Shown piece after piece: positions 42,831-56,578 of a DNA stretch of 64,000 bases. Numbering within the stretch: position 1 is the first letter of the stretch; the number at the start of each line of letters is the position of its first letter. The stretch covers positions 298,592,001 through 298,656,000 of the forward strand of contig OZ024742.1 in NCBI GenBank assembly GCA_964016885.1, read 5' to 3'. The position numbers were made by a program, and so were the translations under genes. The notes beneath the pieces are model-generated. The model saw nothing but the letters and a program-made list of their open reading frames with translations, was not told the origin of the DNA and searched no databases. The DNA comes from Eledone cirrhosa. Taxonomy: Eukaryota.

Positions 42831-45800
42831 TCTATCGAGTGAATTGATCATTAATGTTTATAAGGTAGAGTGTGGACTGTATAACCGAACCTGGAGAGCA
42901 TCAAATATAATAGAATGTGTGGTGTGTAGAAGAGAGTCTTATCCCCGTATGCTACAACGAGGCAAGTCTGATATAAAAAGAAAACATCCGAATCGTGAGA
43001 GGAATACTCTGATGACATATATTGTTTGAAGGTTCTAGTGTGAAATCCGGTCACATTAAAAAGTTAGACAAAATACTGTGGATATTACAATATAGATATT
43101 GAAACATCTTCCCCCGCTACCAGGTAGCTCTCAAATCCCAGCATCCATCAAACCCTAATAGCTGACAAACTCCGAATGCTAATAGGAACTGCATTATGTC
43201 AACTGTTTAATCTTTCTGTTTCACCGCATTGTTTCTAACTACACTTTCCTTAGGTTTATACCATTTAAATGACTATCAACATGTCCATCACTGCCCGATA
43301 ATTTCTGCCAATTCTGGAAAAGAATCGGATCGATATAAAAATGTTTCAATAGTGATATCTTTCTGGTTGATATTTCTAACGTCAAAATAACAAAAGAAAG
43401 TTGCCCATAAAGATATTTTATTTCTACATATATTAAGAGCAGAAAATGTGCCAACTTTGTTGTCCACATAAATACAAAATAAACATACTGACGCTCATAG
43501 AAATATACAGTTAATCATTTGTGGATCTAGAAATGAACACTGAAAAATGTTTCTAGCTATACCATATATATCAGATTTGAATAAAGTGATGGAAATAATA
43601 TCATCGCTATGTAAGAAAATAATAATCTGTATTATAAAGATTGTACTGGTTTTTGTTTTTACGAACACTAGAATCTGAAAAAATATTATGAAATTTATAC
43701 TTTGGACACAGGAAACACAATTAAGAGTAAGACAAAAAAGGAGGGGCATTGTGAACGCATTAGCCTGGCAGATGGCAAGGGTTATGTGCTGAATCGCACA
43801 GTTCGTTCTTGCGTCTCGATTCTGACTGTAGTAGGGGGTAGTTTGGAGAACCAGGATGTTAAATGTTTCCAACGCTATACGTTCTGGGTGAGACTTATTG
43901 GTGAATGGGAGATAGTTTTTCAGCTTGTAATGATAAACATGTTCATTAATCACTCAGAACTTACAAAAATCCAACCACAAAGAGAAATGTATTTAGACCA
44001 ACGCAATAACCTTCCAAACATTACAGTGACTTTTTCAAACTGGTATAACGCCATGTATATTTAAATGCAGAGGTAGAGTCGTTTAAAGTAACTCCATTAT
44101 ATTTCTTTTCCTTATTTTTTCAACACTGGCCGGTAGATGAAAGTAAAAGACGACTCAGGAAGTGAAGCAGGATAATCGTCCAGCATTGGCTGGAAAACGG
44201 AATATGTAGACTTCGTAAAAAACTAATCAATCACATTGATTCTCACTGCCGAGACGTAGCCGAAAAGAAATATATATATGAGAGAAGCTAGAGCATTCAC
44301 ACATTGGAAATGATGACAACATTATGAAAAAAAAAAAAATAGAGAGAAGGCAGATAAATGCACAGGGAAAGGACAATGAGAATGAACAAAAATAAAAACA
44401 AACATATCCTGGTACCCATGAAGACTGTGAGGTTAAGGAGCATGAATATATTATTGCCAACACCCATCTCGTAATCGATGTATCAATTTCAACAGGTGAC
44501 AAGCTATCATTGAATGTAATAAACCAAACTTAAAGATCTAGAAATTGATATAACTATTACGGGAGAACCCACATAATAATAGATGCATACGCATAACCCG
44601 AATCTGAGAAGTTGCATATATATATATACATGCATAGTAAAGAGGAAATAGCACAATTCATGACTGCAAAGCAACAAAATAACACAAAAATACTACCTGT
44701 AACCAAGAGACACATATGTATTATATATAGATAGATATATAAAATAGTTTAGACAATTTGATAAAACAACCATATATATATATATATATATAAGCAAGTC
44801 GGTCTCTGTGTGTGTGTGTCTGTCTGTGTACAAATACTAGGCTCCTTTTAACTTTTGAAGTACTAGGCTGATTTGGCACGTGCTATTGAGGCGACCTCTC
44901 ATTGGCTAATTGTGTACCTAACAGTTTGACTCGCTATGGCCCCCTAACCTAGAAGTTTGACTTGCTATGGCCTCTGAAAATCGTGCAGCAGTATTCTCGG
45001 CAACAGTGTTTTCGTTTTGATTAACTTAACCTTTTTGCTCATTCTCATCGTGTATTCAGGCGTTAAGGGGGAATTGTTTCTTCAAGGAATGATATGTCTA
45101 TGTCCAGTTGGCCAAAACCTTTTGGGGGTGGGAGAGTATGAGTTTCAATAAGTCTCAATACTACCCCTAAATTACGCTTGGACAATATAATTGACCATCA
45201 TCCGCTAAGAGAATATATACTTATTTCTAGGTAATATGGTTTCACAGTGGAAATTATGATAGAAAATTAGAAATTAAAAAAATTACGAGTTAAAATCTTG
45301 ATTAAAGTAAAGAAAATGTGTACATATAATAAATAATAAATAGGGAGATGTTTAAATTATAGTAAGACGTTTTGAAAGGGGGATCAATATTACAGATATA
45401 TTATCCATATATTGAACGGTAGTACCGTACAGTAGAACGGAGAGTAAATTACAATATAGAACGTAGTAATTAGGCAAATACATAGTTAATATCTCTATCA
45501 CATGAATCAAAACCAAAATTACAAAATATAAGATACACAAAATACAAAAAATACATAGATGCAAAATGAGATAGGAGATATATATGAGAAACATATACGA
45601 GGAGGGTAAACTATGGAAATGAGGGTATAAGTGGTTAAAATGATAGTCAATTTTGTAAGAAGCTGTCTGATGATATCACGGCACTGGATACACCGAAGGG
45701 TCTGGCCACTGTCGTCATTGAAATATGTATCACAGCATTATCATTAAAGGACTTTAACATCTGAAACTACTTCGCTTTTCTTATTCGATATATACTCCGT

Positions 45801-46016
45801 CGCCCCTATGTGGAAAAAGTACGTTAAGTGCTTGAATTGCATTGGATCAATGTTTACCATAATAATTTAGCTCCAAAGCGTTGAGCGTTCTATGGTATAG
45901 TGAAGAAGAGAGGAACCAGCCATCAGCTACACCCGGAAATTCACTCTACCATGGGGATTGATTACACACACAGGAAATCCCTGCTACTGGACGGACATAC
46001 AATTATAGGACTTTAA

Positions 46017-46260
<244 letters not shown>

Positions 46261-46484
46261 AGAATCTCAATTCTACTTTTGAAAAATACAAGAACTGCAA
46301 AACCGGTAAAGGAAACAAATATATATATTTAAAAAAAAAAAAGACTCCAGCTGCATTTTCGATTTTATCATTTTTCCTTATACTTTCAATCATGTAGGAC
46401 ACCTCGTTTTTTTTTCATTTTGTAAAAAACCTCACTTTCTAATATATATATATATATTGCAAACTTGACTGTCACCACACATTA

Positions 46485-46523
46485 TGAACCTGAAGATTGC
46501 GAAAGCATGAAAGTACTTGTTCA
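46485..46523 (+). ncRNA. Minimal type I hammerhead within a ~185-bp (TA)n-flanked insert
   Basis: tgaac CTGAAGA t-tgc-gaaa-gca-t GAAAG ta CTT gttca; palindromic AAGTACTT. Confidence 0.9.
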
Positions 46524-46635
46524 ATTAACACTTAACATTTAATATTCAATCATACTATTTCATTATAATAACATTATAAATTTTAAAGGATTGTAAATAA
46601 AACGAGTAAGTCAGACAAAGTTGGAATTCCTCTTA

Positions 46636-46672
<37 letters not shown>

Positions 46673-46677
<5 letters not shown>

Positions 46678-46948
46678 GGCCGATTCTAAGATAGCCTAGT
46701 CATCATGGGTGACTGAAAATTCCGAAATAGGTGACTGGCGCGAATAAGACTATCAAACACTGCAAAATGATTATATACATTTATCTATCTATCTTCGTAT
46801 ACATATAGAGAGAGAGATATCTATCTCCGTATATATATATATACGAAGATAGAGAGATAAATGTTTGATAGTCTTATTAGCCCCAGTCACCTATTTCGGA
46901 ATTTTCAGTCATCCATGATGACTAGGCTATCTTAGAATCGGCCTTAAT
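46673..46948. repeat. Fold-back insertion
   Basis: 46673-46759 against 46862-46948, plus an inner inverted pair at ~46778-46807 / 46835-46863. Confidence 0.9.
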
Positions 46949-47204
46949 TCATCAAGTCGTAACAACATTAACTGAGGTGTAAGAGATCTCCTGGGAGCTA
47001 ACAGTGTCGCCCATTGGTTCAACTGCCCTAGTACCCTACCACTGCGTTATCCGGGCTTGCTTATTCGTCCGACAGGAGACCACATATATCGCAACTAAAC
47101 ATTATGGATGTTAGCCGTATCGCAATACGCTACCTGCGACACAATCTCCACCGAGAAAATACATACAGACATACAAACATACATACATACATTCATATAT
47201 ATAT

Positions 47205-48145
47205 ATTTATGGTATCAAAACATATCAATCATGTCTGATATTAGTGCTTCTCAATAGAAAAGCTCTACGGACATTTATCCAGACCTCAATTTTTCAAGGT
47301 AATAGATATATGTAGATATATAAAAGAGATATATGTGGATATTCAAAAGAGTATATATATAGAGAGAAAGGGCCCGATATCTTATGAAAGCACATATATA
47401 TCAAGTAAAAATATGTACTTTAGATGGAAAATATCATCATTCCTTATAGCGCTAATTCATGATTCGAAGTACCAGATCTTAAACTCGATCTAAGCCATCA
47501 ATCATCGATCACCAACTATCGATTTTGGTTAAGTTATGGGGGGCGCGAATCAATCATTAGCTCTATTTGTCAATTATATAAATCGAAATAGATATATATA
47601 TATATAGTTGCGATATAGTACATAATAAAAATACTTGTCTATTTCTGGAAGGAATTCAGCTAACCATCTCGATACAAAATGCCGAATGGTGTACTAACGT
47701 TTAACCTAAAGTTACAGATTCAAACAAAACTGGACGTCAGTTCAGCTAGAAAGAGGTGCGAAAATTTTAGTCAAAGCAACTCGACAAAATAAAGTATCTG
47801 GAGCTGTTGTATACAAATATAAGATATCAAAAAATTTCAGTTATGTCTGATATTTGTGCTTCTCAATAGGAAAGCTCAATAGACATTTGTCCGGAGAAAC
47901 AATAATTCAAATTAATAGATATATGTAGATATCGAAAGAGATATAGAGGTATATCGATTTTAAGTTCTGGTCCATGGAATCATAAAATAACGCTATAAGG
48001 AATTATAATGTTTTCCACCTAACTTACATATCTTTTCTTGATATATATGTGCTTCGTATATATACAAAATGGTGTGCGTTCTCATAAGATATATGGTCCT
48101 TTCTCTCTAAATATATCTACATATATCTGTTAATTTGTATTATAT
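47205..48145. repeat. Old element with both direct and inverted repeats
   Basis: Direct ~47230-47345 / 47842-47945; inverted ~47361-47490 / 47953-48110. Confidence 0.7.
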
Positions 48146-48187
48146 ATATATATAAGTGGACTGCTTATAACGATAACCTGTTATCCC

Positions 48188-48238
<51 letters not shown>

Positions 48239-48327
48239 TAACCAAGACTTTGTAACAATTTTTAGTGTATAGATATTTGTATTTTATAGACATACCGAAT
48301 ACATGTATTACCTAGTAAAAAAAGAAA

Positions 48328-48376
48328 ACACATTTAATCGATTTTCTACCCAAGTTCGGTTTACGTCAGAATGTGT
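48328..48376 (-). ncRNA. Hammerhead with one core change (3' region of PLE D)
   Basis: acacatt CTGACGt aaaccgaacttgggta GAAAA tcga TTA aatgtgt; 7-bp stem I, palindromic AATCGATT. Confidence 0.7.
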
Positions 48377-48541
48377 ATATATCATCTAAACAACCACAAC
48401 GAAACACGTTATCGAGAAGCTCATATGCCCTATCACTTACAGAAATATTCTAAGATGGACGTTCTAATTTTCACATTATTAACGTTGCTGTTGGTAGTTA
48501 ATTATGATATTTATTAAGTTGTGCGCTAAACAACATAAGCA

Positions 48542-49056
48542 TCTTTAGACTTATTTCAAAAAGTTCCTGGGAACATAATCTACACTCATATCTGTTATTT
48601 TGATAAGGGGTGGCCCTTTTGAGCACACTCCAAGTCAGGTTGTAATCGATATTCTTTTTTTATAATTATTAATTGTTTCAGCCAAGGATGTTGTATTAGC
48701 TAATGCGGCATTTTTAAAACTATGTTTGTGGGTATTAAATCTTACTTTAAATTGGTTAGAAAGTAAGATTTAATACCCACAAACATAGTTTTAAAAATGC
48801 CGCATTAGCTAATACAACATCCTTGGCTGAAACAATTAATAATTATAGAAAAAAGAATATCGATTACAACCTGACTTGGAGTGTGTTCAAAAGGGCCACC
48901 CCTTATCAAAATAACAGATATGAGTGTAGATTATGCTCCCAGGAACTTTTTGAAATAATGAAATCTAAGGATATCCTATTAAACAAGCGACAAGAATTAA
49001 TTACAACTTGTAATCATAGAATTAGAAGAACTTTCAAATATTATAAACCTAATTAA
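48542..49056. pseudogene. Palindromic GIY-YIG C-terminus (PLE D)
   Basis: Arms ~48542-48748 / 48760-48970; IDYNLTWS...PY....CRLCSQE....LLNKRQELITTCNH. Confidence 0.9.
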
Positions 49057-49077
49057 TATACACCTTGCACTTATATT

Positions 49078-50301
49078 TTACATATTATAATTAGTTTTTT
49101 TTTCATTGAGATTCAAAGCAACATCAAGGAAATTAACCTCTTTGAGGTTATATTCAAACGTAATATTTAATCCTTGTTCCTTAAAAAGCTTTCTCATATT
49201 TTTACGCATCCTTTCTAAATTCTGCTTAACTAATAGGAGCGCATCGTCACGGTAGAGCCCACCGTGGAGAACCTTGAATTTTCCTTGTAGTCTGTGGGTA
49301 ATATAAATTCCCACAAGATCCGTTACTTCCGCCGAATCATTGGAACCCATAGTTATATCAAAATTAGAAGGTCTATCCTTGCGAACCCAGTAGCTATCAT
49401 CAAATTTAACAGTAGTTTTCCTCGCTTCCATAATAATACTAATTTCATCATCCGTAAGGTCGGAGTTAGCCTTAGCGAACGAAAGGGCTTCATGCAGAGT
49501 ATCAGGTGAGATTGAGGAATAATACTCATCAATATCGAACTGAATAAATTTTGATTTCTTCTTATCAGTAATGCTATTAAACCATCTTATTGCCCCATGG
49601 GTGTTACCCCATAGTTTAATTTATACTTTAGCCTTAACTTGGGGGATAATTCAGTCTAGTATATATTTGCTAATTTTGCCTATATCAGATTTAGAGGGGC
49701 ATATTAGTCTAATTTTAGGGTCAGTATCGAAGTTTACCTTATGGTACTTCAGGTTGAAGGATGGTGTAGCTGGTATTAAGGGTTGCGTTCTATCGTCAAT
49801 ACAAAGTTTTTTAACAATTTCACATGCCGAGTTGTTGATGTTTCTAAGTGTAGCTTCATTAGTTTTCTTGTATTTTTTATGCAATTCCTTATGGATGAAG
49901 TTATTGTAAGTGTCCACATCCATGGTATATACGCTTGATGTTTTGTCTGCTCTAACAATAATTCCATTAGCGTTTTTTAGATTATTGAGCAGTGCCGTGA
50001 TGTCATTCTGTAGTTTATTGTTTTCCGTTTTGTAAATTTGATCTCCATGATCGTATCCATTAGGTCCTGTTCAAATGCATCCAAAAGTAGGTTTGAGGGT
50101 GGGTTTTTTATAAGATTTAAATCCAAATTTATCCTTGTTAAGATCCGATGTTTGGTTTATACGGCTTTTGTCAAAATGGAATGTTTTCCATCTGATTCGT
50201 TGAATAAAATCATTGGTCCTTCGTATCATACCTAAAATATATTCCTTTTTTGCCTGAATAGGTATGTTTTTTAACGACATATCCCATTGGTGCCTTTCCA
50301 T
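49078..50301 (-). pseudogene. PLE reverse transcriptase N-terminus and core (Hydra-like, disrupted)
   Basis: SLKNIP..Y..FIQRIRWK, ADKTS, RLICPSKSDIGKISK, FIQFDIDEYYSSI, FDITMGSNDSAEV, GLYRDD, VNFLDV. Confidence 0.9.
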
Positions 50302-51178
50302 TTTAGAGACGTACAGTAAACTGAATTAGTTGCTCAACTGTATAGGAGTTCATTAAAATTTCAAGTTATCAATAATGTAGTGATAATATATCGTCACGTT
50401 AGAGATGAACAGCGTACGTGTAGGTTTGCTCAACGAGTATACATTATATTCCGGAGAAAATGTAAAAAAGATGAATATAAAATGAAAGTGCTTTTATAAC
50501 GGAATTTATTAGGTATTGACATATGTTTCTGTAACAGACGGAATACCTATGTATCGCTGCTTGCGTAATCATATAATGTTAGCAAGTATTCGATAGCAAA
50601 TGTTTAATCAGTTGTCACTTCTTCAGAGATATTGGATAAATTGGAAAAAATCAGAAAGTATTTATATTAGTTGTAAGAAAGGAAGAAGAGCAGGGATAGT
50701 ATATGACAGATGGCAATTCAATTTGCTGGTAAACAAGTATATAGAAGTTTTTTAATGAGAATACAATGAGTATATGGCTAATTTTATCTAAATAAGAATT
50801 TTTGGGAGTGCCTATTTTAATCTATATTTGACCAATTGAACAATGGACAGGGCTGGTCGTTTGGTGTAGTAGTATTAATACAGATATAAAGTGTCAAGTA
50901 AGGAAGAGAGAGATTTTCACTGTTATTGTATAACAACAATGCTGGTAGCCTGCTGGTATATGCATTAGGGAATTGAATTAAGAAATCTCATTTTATCTAT
51001 AGCAGTTTATATTAAATGGTAAAGAATAGAAGAGTTGATAGAATTAAGACTAATAGAGAATGTTAATATGTATTTTGACAATCAAACGGAGATGGAGACA
51101 GGCGTTCAATCCTGGTAGCGTTTGTAATATGAAAATATAGATTTCAAGCGATGAGGCAGACCACCTACCATTACCTCA

Positions 51179-52612
51179 ATGGCCAAGAATACCCACACAG
51201 ATAGACGGAACGGGTGGACCAGAGCCATACGGTCCCCCGAAAAACACGAGGAACTAAAGAAAATGATTGCACATACGGTGGGGGCCAGCATAAAATTAAC
51301 CCTTAAGGAACATATGTTCAAATTTAATGGAAAAACATATGCCCAAGAGGAGGCAGCAGCCATTGGTGTTAGCATTGGAGGTGACATAGCTAACCTATTC
51401 ATGGTATGGTGGGACAGTAGACTTAAACTTAAACTTAAAGAACAATTAGAAGACCCCTTAACCCAGATAATGTACTCCCGCTACGTTGATGATATAAACA
51501 TCGTAGTAAAAACACACCCACTAGAGAACAGTCAGGAATTAGCGGAAAACACAATGGAAAGCATCCAACAAATAGCTAACTCCATCCACCAGAGTATTAG
51601 AGTTACTATAGACTACCCAAGCAAACACCGCAACCATCGATTACCTGTACTAGACACAGAGCTCTGATTAGATACCATTAATAACAAAAAACAAATCCTC
51701 CATTCCCATTATGCCAAACCCATGACTTCCAAATATCTGATCCACCGAAACTCAGCTGTTTCGGACCATACCAAAATCAATATACTGATTGCGGATTTGG
51801 TACGGGCGATGAGAAACATGTCCCGCATGTGCAACCCCAAAGAACTAGAGAGACACATACAACACTTCATCCACCGTATGCAGTTCTCTGGTTACAATCA
51901 GAGAGATAAAATCAGAGTATATAGAGGAGCCAGAACCAAATGGGAAAAAATGGGAAATAATGACACAAATGGGACCTGCCCCTTGTATAGGAGCAAATTT
52001 TGGAATATAATAGAAAGAACTAGGAATAAGGCTAATAGAATAAACTCATGGTATGATAGCAATAAATACCAGAGTGTAATGTTCATCGATACAACCCCTA
52101 AAGGTGAATTAGCTTTCAAATTTAGAAGGGCCCTAGATAAACATAAACTTAATATTAAGATAGTAGAAAGACCAGGTACCTCCTTAAAAACACTTATTAG
52201 CAATACATACCCTTTTCAAAGACCTCCCTGTATAGATAAGAAATGTATAATCTGTAAATTAAGCCCCCATATTAACTGTAAAACTAGAAATGTAGTATAT
52301 AGCATAAGATGTACTGAAGGACAATGTAGAGATAAAAATATAGTGTACATAGGTGAGACAGCTCGTAGTATATGGGAACGGATAAATGAACATTGGCGAG
52401 ACCTTCAAGATAGTAAAGAATCATCTGTACTCTACCAACATGCTAAAATAGAACATAAGGGTAAATTAGAGAATATAGAAATAAAAATAGAATCTACACA
52501 CAGAAGAGACGCAATGTTTAGACAAATCACAGAGGCAATAAACATAAATGAACTCCAACCAAAATTAAATAGAAAACATGAATGGAACAGCAACATCACA
52601 ACTTACGATTAA
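51179..52612 (+). pseudogene. PLE family B RT plus C-terminal GIY-YIG, one in-frame TGA (51665-51667)
   Basis: The two tracked ORFs are in the same frame; Q...AIG...IANLFM, YSRYVDD, LPVLD, Cys-rich linker, VVY..C..C..VYIGETARS..ER..EH. Confidence 0.92.
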
Positions 52613-52963
52613 GGACAAAATGATAAAACAAACGCACATAGAACAAACAACCAACCAGTAACATCGAAATAAACAAATAAATAACCGAATATAAACACAC
52701 ACAGACACCTGGATGTAACACATGCGCAAACTAAGCACACAACACAGACACAAAAACAAGATGGCGTAGGACAGAACAAAGGAGAGGCACAAAAACAAAG
52801 AAAAGAATCCCCAGTCACTGAAGAGGTCACAGAATGTGTGACGAAAGAACTTTGACAATATATAAACAATCATCTGGTTGTGGAACCAACCAACCAACCT
52901 GAAATTTATAAATTCCTAAACGTTTTCAGATAAAGAATCTTGCTAAACAAATTCAGAAACGAA

Positions 52964-52964
<1 letters not shown>
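52613..52964 (+). mobile_element. Family B pseudo-LTR and 3' tail
   Basis: Collinear with 21490-21993, with an internal deletion; ends in (TA)n. Confidence 0.9.
52814..52856 (+). ncRNA. Minimal type I hammerhead, family B
   Basis: gtca CTGAAGA g-gtcaca-gaatg-tgtgac GAAAG aa CTT tgac. Confidence 0.8.
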
Positions 52965-52994
<30 letters not shown>

Positions 52995-53338
52995 GCATAT
53001 ATATATAGATAAAGATTCGGCGAGAATCGCATTTCAGCGGCCAAGAAAGGCGAAACGAAACGCAAAAATCAGAAATGACACTGGCAAAGTGCTCAATATT
53101 TAAAACGCAGAGCTAGATAATGTGTTATGAAGCCATACAAAACTGAAAAGGTCGTCAAGAAGGCATTAAACACCCAAGCCCAAATCCCAAATCAAGCTCA
53201 ACAGATCAAAACAAAATAAATGATAAAAAATAAATAACCAGACCTGTATATATATGTATATACATATATATATATATGTATACATATATCTATTTATATA
53301 TATACATATATATATACATATATATATATATATGTATA

Positions 53339-53413
<75 letters not shown>

Positions 53414-53464
53414 AAATTAAATAAAATAAAAAGTCAAATGTTTAAAATTTAGCTTCGTTTATTG

Positions 53465-53517
53465 TTGCTATATATATTTCAGTGACAGCCATCTTTGGCT
53501 GTGACCTCTTCAGGCAG
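53465..53517 (-). ncRNA. Type I hammerhead, family G
   Basis: ctgc CTGAAGA ggtc-acagcca-aaga-tggctgt-cact GAAAT atat ATA gcaa. Confidence 0.75.
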
Positions 53518-53692
53518 TCCGAATTAGTGTGGTATAGACAAGTACATATGTTGTTGAGGTGTATAATATTGTCAATACTCTGATATGCCCAGTTCCTGGT
53601 TGGGTTTTTATTTCACTGAGGAACTGGAATCATATTGACAATATTATACACCTCAACAACATATGTACTTGTCTATACCACACTAATTCGGA

Positions 53693-53745
53693 CTGCCTGA
53701 AGAGGTCACAGCCAAAGATGGCTATCACTGAAATATATATAGCAG
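53693..53745 (+). ncRNA. Type I hammerhead, family G
   Basis: ctgc CTGAAGA ggtcacagcca-aaga-tggctatcact GAAAT atat ATA gcag. Confidence 0.8.
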
Positions 53746-53888
53746 CAATAAAAGAAGCTAAATTTTAAACATTTGACTTTTTATTTAACTTTATTTTACA
53801 TTACTCCAGAGTAACCAAACCAACCTGCGCACTTCGTCGAGTGCTCCAGCCTGCATACTGAGGTGTTGGTATACAACCAACATATACT

Positions 53889-53970
<82 letters not shown>

Positions 53971-53976
53971 ATATAT

Positions 53977-54065
<89 letters not shown>

Positions 54066-55243
54066 CATATATATAATATACGCATATATATATACATATA
54101 TATACATATATATATATATATACATATATGCAGAGGTTATGTTTAATTTGTTGGGATTCAACAAGCTTAAAAATTGTTATAATTGATATAAAGCACTCAA
54201 CAGTGGAGTGGAGTAAATATTCAATATATTAATAAATGGTAACTATATTTATAAAACCAAAATTGTATATATACATATATATCCTAAACGGACGGTAGTC
54301 CGTTTAGTAATATTGTTGTGGTCGTGTTTTAGTTGGCAATCGTCTGTTTACGACAGTACAGCGCGGCTCTACTTTATTTAACTGAGATAAAACTTATATG
54401 AGCATGAACAGTAGATCATTACGCATCTTTTGGCTTAAAAATCTAGAAATTTGGTCCAGCCGGAAAAAGTTTATAATCAAAGTTTGCTGATAAATCTTGT
54501 GTTTAAGTGAGTGAGTAGTAAGCGTGACGCTAGGGGAGGTAATTACGAGTCTCTCTCTCTCTACGTGGTCATCCAGAAATGACGAATTTTTTTCGGCGGA
54601 ACTCTTGTGATTGTGATTACGTTAGTCAAATGTAGTCAAATCGCTGAATCCCCTCCTCTTAATTGAAAACGTCATTTCTGAACGGCCCTACTTGCGTCAG
54701 TGTGAAACATTACTTCACTTTTCACTGCTAAAATGCTTTTTAAATACTTCGTTAAAAATTTATGTTTATTATCAAAGCTATTTTTTGTACCAATCTATCA
54801 ATAGTTTGCGAAAATATAGGTAAACATGTGAGTTACATTTTTTTAAATCGCATCGATCGCTTTGTCGCACCGACTGTGACACTGTCTGACTGTCTGTCTG
54901 ACTGACACCTTTGTCGGACCGACACCTTTGTTCAAGCGGACAACTTTGTGTCACTGACACCTTTGTTCGTGCCGGCATCTCTGCGAAACACCGATGACAA
55001 CAACCAGACCAAAATTTCACTTCATTCTTCATTCTTCTTCAAGACCGATCGCCGACCGATCGTATCGGTTGCTCTTCATATACTAGGTATTCAACAGATA
55101 GTTTGCACTTCTAATATTATTAACAGTCGTGGGATTTTTTGTACCGATAGGTGCAAATAGTGCGCTATATTTTTATACCGATAGGTGCGAATAGTGTACA
55201 ATATTTTCTGAGATTTGCATCCACTAATTTCGCTTAATTAAAA

Positions 55244-56038
55244 ATGATGGTTCGTGGCTTTTTGATCGGCTTATTCATTTTTTCCATGGCACGGAAATGG
55301 AGTATTTCCATTTCGAATAAAAAATTTTCACTAAAATCGGGCAATTGGACTGATCAAATTCACAGTCATGCCAGTTTTTACAAATCCATAATTAGAAATG
55401 TGGCGAAATCGAATGACCAGAAGGTATAAAAATATTAATTCAAATGTATTTACTTATCATACCAACAAAAATACTTAGATATTTTGTATACCTGGGACCC
55501 GTCAGGGCCAGGTAATGTTAATCGCCAACATTGTTATCTGTTGTCCTTTTGTGAAAGTATTGTGGTTCATGTCGGCTCTAATGATCTGAATCCTCGTCGC
55601 ACCGTTGGCACTACAAAGCTGTGCAAAGTAATACAATAATTTTTGCCCAAGTATTTTTTATTAATCATTTATTTGTAAATTAAGGACAACGTGCCCATTC
55701 GAGGCACAAAACCGGAAAAACAGGGGAAGAGTCTCTTTGCAAGGCTACAGAAAATAGCGGAAAAGCACCACTGTACACCCATTTTCTACAGTGGTGTCAT
55801 TCCACGTCCACAAAGTGTAATTGAAAATAAAAATGACTTGGGCAAGAGAAATTCTCGTTTGGAAAAGTTTAATTACTGCATGAAAGAAATGATTCAAACA
55901 TTGAACTTGCCCAATCTTCACAACATTGAAAATTGGTCAAAATTTAACAAATCTGACTTCAAACCAGATATGATTCATTTGAACAATGTTGGAAATCTTA
56001 AATTGACACAAATTTTTGCCAATGTTTTTGCCACCTGA
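55244..56038 (+). pseudogene. Spliced SGNH/GDSL-like hydrolase (3 exons, one frameshift in exon 2)
   Basis: Motifs in order: SIIRNV, CIPG, VVHVGSND, SGVIPR, DMIHLN..G; phase-0 GT-AG introns 55424-55478 (55 nt) and 55628-55684 (57 nt) join the frames. Confidence 0.75.
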
Positions 56039-56218
56039 TCCTTGTTCTATGGCTGACTGACTAATTTTGTGACTTAATAAAATGTCATCATACTAGTAAT
56101 GCACAATGGTCATTTTTAAATTTAAATTTTATTAAATAGTTGTTGCTTGCATTGCCTTAAAATAGTAACAAGAATGTACACATACTTTTTAAAAATACAT
56201 CATTATCAGTCAAATCAG

Positions 56219-56578
56219 TCAAATGTCACTAAAAGCCAGGTGGTCGATAACAACTTCTATAAGATTAGTTACATGCTCACACATTGGATCACCTCTCATC
56301 AATGGCATTGGGTGTCTGAGATAATCGTGGAGATAACTGATGAAGTCACAAATGAAGTTATGGTCTTCCAGTGTGAACAACTCCCTATATTCATTGATAT
56401 ATGTGATGGCTTCCGATTCATAGGTGCATTTTATGAGGAATTCCATGCATCCGATTTTCAGTGATTCAATGGGCATTTTATCAGAGATGATAAGGTATTT
56501 GACCACGTTTTGCTTTGTAAGTAAATTGGAGAGAATCACTGCAGTCAAAGTCATTTCTTTGCATGGGTTTTTGTCCAT
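56219..56578 (-). CDS. 119-aa protein with a BACK-like (BTB-associated) helical motif
   Basis: LTKQNVVKYLIISDKMPIESLKIGCMEFL resembles the LxxxNxxxxLxxADxxxxxxLKxxCxxFI pattern; ATG just downstream of a 43-nt GTAAGT...TTTAG intron (56580-56622). Confidence 0.5.
   Translation of the reverse strand: MDKNPCKEMTLTAVILSNLLTKQNVVKYLIISDKMPIESLKIGCMEFLIKCTYESEAITYINEYRELFTLEDHNFICDFISYLHDYLRHPMPLMRGDPMCEHVTNLIEVVIDHLAFSDI

Larger units (their letters stand above)
53408..53891 (+). mobile_element. Fold-back insertion, family G
   Basis: Arms ~53408-53577 / 53633-53798; ~90-nt tail; (TA)n flanks. Confidence 0.9.

Noticed and set aside
45057-45179. hAT-like MITE
   Set aside because: TIR match short and no target-site duplication; the MITE-like 54562-54690 and 4385-4750 are likewise too degenerate
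46880-46970. Branched hammerhead-like structure in the fold-back arm
   Set aside because: Core is TTGATGA with no valid NUH or stem III
51665-51667. In-frame TGA as possible selenocysteine recoding (described in some Naiad PLEs)
   Set aside because: Falls where Trp is expected (LDTEL-W), the element has a C-terminal EN and other upstream lesions; most simply a TGG>TGA mutation
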